Positions 57,633 to 64,000 of a stretch of 64,000 bases of DNA are shown in pieces. A program made the translations under genes and the position numbers. Each line of letters starts with the position of its first letter. Position 1 is the first letter of the stretch. The DNA comes from an uncultured Acidobacteriota bacterium (GTDB lineage Bacteria; Acidobacteriota; Thermoanaerobaculia; Gp7-AA8), in assembly GCA_963822445.1 (NCBI GenBank), contig CAWGHO010000003.1, positions 224,001 through 288,000 of the forward strand, in the 5' to 3' direction. The notes under the pieces were generated by a model, which was not told the origin of the DNA, ran no database searches, and worked only from the letters and a program-made list of their open reading frames with translations.

Positions 57633-59008
57633 CCCTCTTCAATGACGTCGAACATTTCGAACACTGGTGGTGGCGCGTACGCGCCGAAGAACTCGCTCTC
57701 TACCGTCACGCCGTACCGCCCGGGTTGCAGGTGGCCGAGGCTCACCGTCGTCGGCTGGCCTTTCGTTTCCACCGTCTGCACGATCGGCGTATCGCGCAAC
57801 TTCACGATATAGCGCGAGAACTCCGGTGCGTTCGGCGTGATCGTCACGAGCGACTCCTCCGCCGTCGTGTAGACGTCGCTGACGCCGACGTCGATCGATG
57901 CATCGCTCCGGATGGCGCGGGGTTCCCCGAGGACTGCAGTCGCGCCGGTCCATTGCATCTGCAACACGTGCTGCATCATGTTCTGCAGCAGAAACGCATT
58001 GCGCTGCACGCCGGCGTGCGAGTCGGGGACGTACACCTCGCGGCCTTTTCTCGCGAGCTCCCCGGGCACCGCGGAAAGTCGCGGCACGCGGCCGTCGCCG
58101 TCGGAGAGGGCGGCCAGCACGCCCGGACGCGGATCGAAGCGGACCTTGATCTTTCCTCCGCTCGCCTCCAGCCATTGCGGCGTCTTCTGTCCCCATCCGA
58201 CGCACGGGTGAAGATAATCGCCGGCCTTGCCGGCGAGCTCGTCGTGAAACGCCCAGCCGTTCTCGACCTGGCCCGGATCGAACGGAACCTGTTTTGCGTC
58301 GCGAATCGTCGTCCACTTCGAGCCGTCATGGACGATCGGATCGATCGGCAACAGCTCGTGCGCGGAGGCGAGCGTCTTCACGAGGTCGCTGAGATCGAGC
58401 CCCTTCTCGTGAAATCCGTTGGCGATGTAGTCGGCGATGCTGTTCGATCCGCGGTGCGGTGTTCCGAACGTGAAGATCGCGCGGCAGTCTTCAGCGCCGC
58501 CGAGGCATTCCGCCCAATAGCGGCTGACCAGACCGCCCATGCTGTGGGCGATGACGACCACCTTCGCATCGGGAAACAACTGGCGCCGCCATTGCGCCAG
58601 CAGCGGGTCGATGAATTCCTTCAGCTTCTTCGCGGAATGGCGATTCGAGCGCCGCCAGTCGTACGCGAAGAGATGAAAGTTGCCTGCGCGCGTGAGCGAC
58701 GGTTCCTCGAAGTCGAGCATGTCGTAGAGCGCGTCCCGGATCGTGCGCGGGCCGACGCTCTTGACCAGGCCATAGAAATTGAACGGCAGTTCGATGACCC
58801 GCTCGGCCGTCACTCCGTCGCCGAGATCGTCGACCGAACCGTCGTCGATCCCGGTGACCTCCAGGCTTTTTCGCGCCTCGGCGTTTCGCAGCAGCCTGAA
58901 ATACGCCGCCGGCGACGCATCCCAGAGGACCTTGCCGTCTTTGACGAGGACCGAGCCGATGATCCCCGGCACATAGACAAAGATGTCTCGCGCACGCACA
59001 CGTTCCAT
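57629..59008 (-). CDS. Alpha/beta-hydrolase lipase/acyltransferase (PGAP1/LCAT-like)
   Basis: VPGIIGS; YDWRR; AHSMGG; GTPHRGS; GDGRVP; GTGA overlap with the NACHT gene. Confidence 0.88.
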   Translation of the reverse strand: MERVRARDIFVYVPGIIGSVLVKDGKVLWDASPAAYFRLLRNAEARKSLEVTGIDDGSVDDLGDGVTAERVIELPFNFYGLVKSVGPRTIRDALYDMLDFEEPSLTRAGNFHLFAYDWRRSNRHSAKKLKEFIDPLLAQWRRQLFPDAKVVVIAHSMGGLVSRYWAECLGGAEDCRAIFTFGTPHRGSNSIADYIANGFHEKGLDLSDLVKTLASAHELLPIDPIVHDGSKWTTIRDAKQVPFDPGQVENGWAFHDELAGKAGDYLHPCVGWGQKTPQWLEASGGKIKVRFDPRPGVLAALSDGDGRVPRLSAVPGELARKGREVYVPDSHAGVQRNAFLLQNMMQHVLQMQWTGATAVLGEPRAIRSDASIDVGVSDVYTTAEESLVTITPNAPEFSRYIVKLRDTPIVQTVETKGQPTTVSLGHLQPGRYGVTVESEFFGAYAPPPVFEMFDVIEEG

Positions 59009-59099
59009 CGAATTTTTCGCTGCTACCTAGCTGGGAGTGTCGCAAGCGCGGTTTTCCCTACCTCGACGCGGCGGAAACGGAGGAAAAGGGTCGGCGCGA

Positions 59100-60587
59100 T
59101 CAGCGGCCGACGGTCACTTCCTTCTCCAGCTGATCCAGGATGCGCGCGGCCACTCCGCGGTCGCTGTGAGGGATCCGCCGGCCGTCGATGAGCTGAAATT
59201 GCTCCGAGCCTTTTCCCAGCAGGACCACGACGCCGCCGGGAAGGGCGAGCTCGATGGCTTTGGCGATTGCCGTCGGGCGGTCGACGATGGTCCGTACCTC
59301 ACCACGCTGGTCGCCCGGGCCGAGCCCCGCGATCATGTCGCGGATGATCGCGGCCGGATGCTCGTGGTTCGGATTATCGCTGGTGAGGATGCACATGTCG
59401 GAGCCGGCCGCCGCCGCGCGGGCCATCAACGGCCGTTTGCGGCGGTCGCTGTTGCCGCTGCATCCCACCACGGCGACCAAACGCCGGTCGCCCGCGATCG
59501 CCGAGATCGTCTGCAGAACCGCTTCCACGCTCTCCGGCGTGTGCGCGTAATCGACGTAGACGCTGACTCCGAGCGCGGTCGGCACCCGTTCGAGACGGCC
59601 GGGGATCGGCTTCGCGGCTGCCATTGCATCGATCGCCGCGGGCAGGGAACCGAGAACGTCGGCGGTGACAGTGAGCGCCGCCAGCACATTGCGAACGTTG
59701 TATTCACCGAGGAGAGGCAGGCGCAGGTCGCGACCGCCAATTCGCATCGTAAGGCCCGACTCATCGCACGAATATTGTTGCGGTGTCAGATCGGCGTCGC
59801 GAAGGCCGAACGTCTGAACGCGCCCCGGCGCGCACGATTCGAAGCGGCGTCCAACCGGATCGTCGCCATTGATCGCGCACAGGGTCGACGGAGACGCATG
59901 AAAGACCGGGTCGCAGATCAGCCGTTGCTTCATCGCGATGTAATTGTCGCGACCGCGGTGATATTCGAGATGATCGGAGCCGAGGTTCGTGAAGGCCACG
60001 GCCGCGAATCGAAGACCGTGGATGCGCTCCTCTGCGATTCCGATCGAGCTCACTTCCATGATCGCGTGAGTTACGGCCTGATGACGTGCTTCCGCCAGGA
60101 ACGAATGAAGCAGCAGCGGCTCGGGAGTGGTGTTGACCGCCGGCTGGAATCCGTCCGGAAGCTTCATCACGAGCGAGTTGCTCAGCGCGGTTCGTAATCC
60201 GGCCGCGCGCAATGCCGCCTCGATGAGGTGGCACGTCGTGGTCTTTCCCTTCGTTCCGGTCACGCCGATCAAGGTCAGGTTGCGGTGCGCGTTTCCTGTG
60301 AAATTCGCGCACGCAGCGGCATAGGCGCGGTTCGCATTCCGGACGACAATGCGAGCGACGTCCTGCGGCAGCGTTTCCTCTTCGTGATCTTCCTCTTCCA
60401 GCACCACAAGACGCGCGCCGTTCTTTACCGCCGCGGCAGCGGTCGTACGCAGGGTGGGGGAGCTGCATTTCACGAAGATGCTTCCGGGCCGCACGCGCTC
60501 CGGCAGGATCGCAATCGAGCTCACGTCGATCGACAGATCGGATTCGCGAACGACGTCGACGCCGGCGAGGACATCCTCGAGCTTCAC
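59100..60587 (-). CDS. murE: MurE-like ATP-dependent amino-acid ligase (variant, outside the dcw cluster)
   Basis: GVTGTKGKTT, NTTPE, MEVSS, FTNLGSDHLEYH, DYAHTP, DNPN, GKGSE. Confidence 0.85.
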   Translation of the reverse strand: MKLEDVLAGVDVVRESDLSIDVSSIAILPERVRPGSIFVKCSSPTLRTTAAAAVKNGARLVVLEEEDHEEETLPQDVARIVVRNANRAYAAACANFTGNAHRNLTLIGVTGTKGKTTTCHLIEAALRAAGLRTALSNSLVMKLPDGFQPAVNTTPEPLLLHSFLAEARHQAVTHAIMEVSSIGIAEERIHGLRFAAVAFTNLGSDHLEYHRGRDNYIAMKQRLICDPVFHASPSTLCAINGDDPVGRRFESCAPGRVQTFGLRDADLTPQQYSCDESGLTMRIGGRDLRLPLLGEYNVRNVLAALTVTADVLGSLPAAIDAMAAAKPIPGRLERVPTALGVSVYVDYAHTPESVEAVLQTISAIAGDRRLVAVVGCSGNSDRRKRPLMARAAAAGSDMCILTSDNPNHEHPAAIIRDMIAGLGPGDQRGEVRTIVDRPTAIAKAIELALPGGVVVLLGKGSEQFQLIDGRRIPHSDRGVAARILDQLEKEVTVGR

Positions 60588-61495
60588 GATCGCTCCGTCA
60601 GCGTTGCATACGATTCGAAAGGATCCTCGACGACCATCGACCGAGTGGATGATGCGTGGACGACCGACCATCCGTAATGCCGACTACGGATCACGACACC
60701 GACGTGAAGCAGGCCGCCCGGTCTTTCGATGAAAGCGAGGCGGCCGTCCCGAGGCGGGTGTGCATGGCCGAGCCCGGACGCGAACTGGTCGCTCGAATGC
60801 CGCGGAATCGTCAGGCCGAGGACTTCGCGGTAGATCCGCTGCGTCAGGCCGGAACAATCGAAGCCATCGGGTGTGGCGCCGCCGGGCTTGTAGGAGACGC
60901 CGAGGAATGAACGCGCAACGCTGCCCCAGTCATTACGCCGGACGGGAAGCCGCGGCCCTGTCGTGCAGGCACGATCGTCGATCGAATCGGTGACCCATCC
61001 CACCGTTCCATCGGCCGCCCGCACGAGCGTGCCGCTTCGCGTTTCCGCCAGAGCCATGACCGGACCATCGGAGAGAACGAGCTCGGTGGACAACGATGGA
61101 CTGGAGACCGCACCGGGCCATTCACGCCAGACGGGTGTAACACGCTCGGTCAGCGACCACCATCGCGCGATGTGGCCGGGCGTGATCATGGTCAGCACGA
61201 CGTTCCATCGCGGATTGAGCAGCGAGCGAAGGCCGCGCGCGAAACGGGTCGCGGTGTTCTCGAGGAGAGCACGAATGATGACATGCACCCGGTACCGCGA
61301 AGCGTCCACACGCACGTTTGCCGAGAAGTCCGTCCAGCGATACGCGCCGAGGAGCTCCGCGCGAAAGGACTCGACGTATGCCTCGGCAACCGACCGCACC
61401 CACTCTCCCTCGGCCGCGGACGCATTGCGGTCACCCGCGGGCAACGCGCGTACAGATCCCGGCGCGTGATAGCGCGAATGCAGCGACCCGTTCAT
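60584..61495 (-). CDS. NlpC/P60 (C40) peptidase with an N-terminal extension
   Basis: YKPGG...FDCSGL, HVGV, VHAS. Confidence 0.88.
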   Translation of the reverse strand: MNGSLHSRYHAPGSVRALPAGDRNASAAEGEWVRSVAEAYVESFRAELLGAYRWTDFSANVRVDASRYRVHVIIRALLENTATRFARGLRSLLNPRWNVVLTMITPGHIARWWSLTERVTPVWREWPGAVSSPSLSTELVLSDGPVMALAETRSGTLVRAADGTVGWVTDSIDDRACTTGPRLPVRRNDWGSVARSFLGVSYKPGGATPDGFDCSGLTQRIYREVLGLTIPRHSSDQFASGLGHAHPPRDGRLAFIERPGGLLHVGVVIRSRHYGWSVVHASSTRSMVVEDPFESYATLTERS

Positions 61496-62661
61496 CGCTG
61501 GATATCGATCCTGGACGACGGCCCGTGATAGACGGGCGCCGTACCGAATTGGCGGCTGACCGCCGTGATGTAGCGGTGAAAGCTCATGGCCACGTCGCCG
61601 TTCACCACGGCCGGCTGATAACGGCCGCGAATCGGAACGAGCTCGACGCGTTCAACTGCTCCCTCGTGCACGTCGATGTTCACGAGCATGTCCGTCCCCC
61701 ACCTGTGGTGATCGTGACCGAACGAGAAATTGCCGAGCGAGTAGAAGATCGGCTTGCCGCGATAGATCTCGACGCTGCCGGGGACATGGGCGTGATGGCC
61801 GAGAATCACATCGGCGCCACAGTCGATGAAATCGTGGGCCACCTCGACCAGGCGCGGCCACGGCACGGGACGGTCTTCCACGCCCCAGTGCAGCGACAGC
61901 ACCACGACGTCAGCTTCCGCGCGCGTCCGGCGAATGTCCTCGCCGACGATCATGGGATTGAGCGGGACCACTCCGCTTTCGTGATCGGTCGCAAAAATCC
62001 AGTCCGGACCGATCATCGAGTACGCGAGAAACGCGACGGCGAGACCATTGACCCGGAACACGGCTGGCGATCGTGCTGCATCGAGCGACACTCCGGCACC
62101 GACGACGGCGATTCCATTCGCGCGCAGCGATTCCAGCGTTGCCAGAAATCCCTCCTGCCCATAATCGAAACAATGGTTGTTGGCGAAGGACACGACGTCG
62201 ATTCCCGCTTCGGCCATGGCTCGCGCGAATGCGGGATCGGCGGCATAACAGGTGTCGTTGTTCATGCGGCGCCCGGTTCGAGCCAGCGGGCATTCGAGAT
62301 TGCCGAAGACCAGATCGGACGACTGAAACACCGCGGTGATCTCGCGGAACGGATAATCCGGCTCGTCAGCCTCAGGAGGCAGATCGAGTGGGAGACTGTC
62401 GGTGAGATGCGACGTGGCGTGTACGCCATGCACATGACGGTCGAGAGCGGCAAGCCATTGCAGGCTCTCGCGCGAATTCGCGAAGGGGAACCGTACGTGG
62501 CCCTCGAAAGGAGGGCCGATGCTCGACACGTCGGGATAGTGATAGAAGATCCGCGGCGGCTGTAAACGCCGGTCGAACATCATGTCGCCGACGGCGGTAA
62601 TGGTGAGACGCCGCGGCGGCTGCGATTCGACGATCGTCACCTCTGAGCTCCCCAAAGGCAC
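61492..62661 (-). CDS. CapA/PGA_cap family metallophosphoesterase-fold protein (start 62661 or 62640)
   Basis: AVGD, GNLEC, ANNHCFDYG, LHWG, GHHAHV, YSLGNF. Confidence 0.9.
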   Translation of the reverse strand: MPLGSSEVTIVESQPPRRLTITAVGDMMFDRRLQPPRIFYHYPDVSSIGPPFEGHVRFPFANSRESLQWLAALDRHVHGVHATSHLTDSLPLDLPPEADEPDYPFREITAVFQSSDLVFGNLECPLARTGRRMNNDTCYAADPAFARAMAEAGIDVVSFANNHCFDYGQEGFLATLESLRANGIAVVGAGVSLDAARSPAVFRVNGLAVAFLAYSMIGPDWIFATDHESGVVPLNPMIVGEDIRRTRAEADVVVLSLHWGVEDRPVPWPRLVEVAHDFIDCGADVILGHHAHVPGSVEIYRGKPIFYSLGNFSFGHDHHRWGTDMLVNIDVHEGAVERVELVPIRGRYQPAVVNGDVAMSFHRYITAVSRQFGTAPVYHGPSSRIDIQR

Positions 62662-62758
62662 CTGTTCATGCTGGGCGCGAGATCATAGTTCAGTAGGGCC
62701 GGAGATCGGATCGAGTCCCCGTTGACATAACGGCGGAAGCGATTTTAGCATTCGCGCC

Positions 62759-64000
62759 ATGACCACGAGACGGGTTGTGCGCAGCGTGCGCGCTGTGCGT
62801 CTGACGTCGCTTCTGGCCTTCCTTTCCGCTGCAATTCTCGCCGTCGCTTCACCGCCCGCCGACCCGTCGATCCGGATCTCCGTGCGCGCGGCCGCGGGCG
62901 GAGCTCCCATAGGGGATGCGTACATCGGTCTCGTTCCGATGGACCATTCTTTGGCCCGGCCGGCCCGCGAGATCGTTGCTCGCACCGGGCAGGCGGTGTT
63001 CACGATTCCGCCCGGCACATACGGCCTGACCACCGCCGCGAACGGATTCCACGCCGATCTCCGCGAAGCGCGTGTCGTCGCCGGCGTGGACAACGAGATC
63101 ACCGTGGAGCTCAACCGGGCGGTGATGATCAGCGGCACGGTGAGCGATCCGGAAGGCAATCCTATTGCGGGCGCGCACGTGACCCAGGCACCGGCCGCGA
63201 CCGCGCCTCTCGCGGACATGAGCGAGCTAGCGCTCCAGCAGGTCGGCCGGTCGATGCGCGCGATCACCGATGCGAACGGCGCCTGGCAGCTTACGGCGTC
63301 GCGATCCCCGCTTCTCATCGAAGCGAATGGATGGGCGCCGGCCTGGTTGGCTCCGAGACCGGCCGAAGCGCCGCCCGTCGACGTGGTGCTGAAAAAAGGC
63401 TCTTCGCTGAGCGTTACGCTCGACAGAACCGATCCTGCCATCTCGATCACCGCGGTTCCGACCGGTGAGAACAAACTGGGACTCCCGAGTCGGTTCCAGC
63501 AAATCATCTGGAGCCGTGAAGCGAACTATCTCTCGCTCGACTGGAGATCGCTCCCCGCCGGCGATTACAAACTGGTGGCGACCTGGCCAGATCCGCTGCG
63601 CTTCACCGCACCGGTCGAGGTAGGCCGGGTCAGTCTCGTCGAAGGAGGCGCCGGCAGTGCGCGCGTTGCTCTTCCGCCCTCGCGTCCTGCGGCTACCTCG
63701 CATCTCACCTTCCTGGTACCGCCTCGAACCGATCTGTCAGGCCTGCGCGCATTCGTCCGTGCGTCCGACGGCGTGAAGGTCGCGAGACATTCGACGACCG
63801 ATGCGCTTGGGGGGAAGGTGGTCTACGTCGACACCGCCGCTTCGCAGTCGGAGATCCATCTGACCACCAAAACGGTACTGATGACCGTTCGAGCGGATGC
63901 GCCGAAACGGGGGCTCGCGGCGCTCGAGCTCACGCACGTGCCAAGGGGTGAGGGGAAGCTGCGCATCGTGCCTGACGAGGGAATCACTCTTCCTTCGACG
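62759..64000 (+). CDS. Secreted carboxypeptidase-regulatory-like domain protein; runs off the window edge
   Basis: Manual translation: signal-like N-terminus; IPPGTYGL; ISGTVSDPEGNPIAGAHV; LPAGDYKL. Confidence 0.75.
   Translation, partial: MTTRRVVRSVRAVRLTSLLAFLSAAILAVASPPADPSIRISVRAAAGGAPIGDAYIGLVPMDHSLARPAREIVARTGQAVFTIPPGTYGLTTAANGFHADLREARVVAGVDNEITVELNRAVMISGTVSDPEGNPIAGAHVTQAPAATAPLADMSELALQQVGRSMRAITDANGAWQLTASRSPLLIEANGWAPAWLAPRPAEAPPVDVVLKKGSSLSVTLDRTDPAISITAVPTGENKLGLPSRFQQIIWSREANYLSLDWRSLPAGDYKLVATWPDPLRFTAPVEVGRVSLVEGGAGSARVALPPSRPAATSHLTFLVPPRTDLSGLRAFVRASDGVKVARHSTTDALGGKVVYVDTAASQSEIHLTTKTVLMTVRADAPKRGLAALELTHVPRGEGKLRIVPDEGITLPST

Overview
High-GC bacterial window. The gene repertoire (Ser/Thr kinase-propeller proteins, RRRAVxH-motif secreted proteins, ECF/zf-HC2/TPR loci) suggests Acidobacteriota, probably Thermoanaerobaculia; this is inference. 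Contents from left to right: (1) an ECF sigma/anti-sigma/caspase/TPR signalling operon (1-4.6 kb). (2) A 12-kb operon of small peptide, YcaO, DJ-1/PfpI, CPxC membrane protein, tyrosinase, LodA/LodB CTQ oxidase pair, cupredoxin and multicopper oxidase. (3) A decayed PhoP/FeuP-like two-component region with PhoP-type boxes, secreted proteins, an internally deleted kinase and a propeller-GGDEF cyclase. (4) A complete IS110/IS1111-type element inserted into a serine hydrolase gene; its downstream non-coding region contains hairpin loops that match both its own insertion target and its own end junction, i.e. a readable bridge/seekRNA. (5) A rearrangement hotspot with duplicated S8 peptidase remnants, a tRNA-Glu 3' remnant and an AT-richer four-gene island (PRTase-like, ORC/Cdc6-like ATPase, CARF-like, DNA methyltransferase). 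(6) A divergent metK-metG pair converging on a gene run of CapA, NlpC/P60, variant MurE, lipase, transglutaminase-NACHT-FGE protein, methyltransferase and B3/4 tRNA-editing protein. No rRNA, intact tRNA or CRISPR array was seen. All calls rest on reading motifs by eye; no searches were run.
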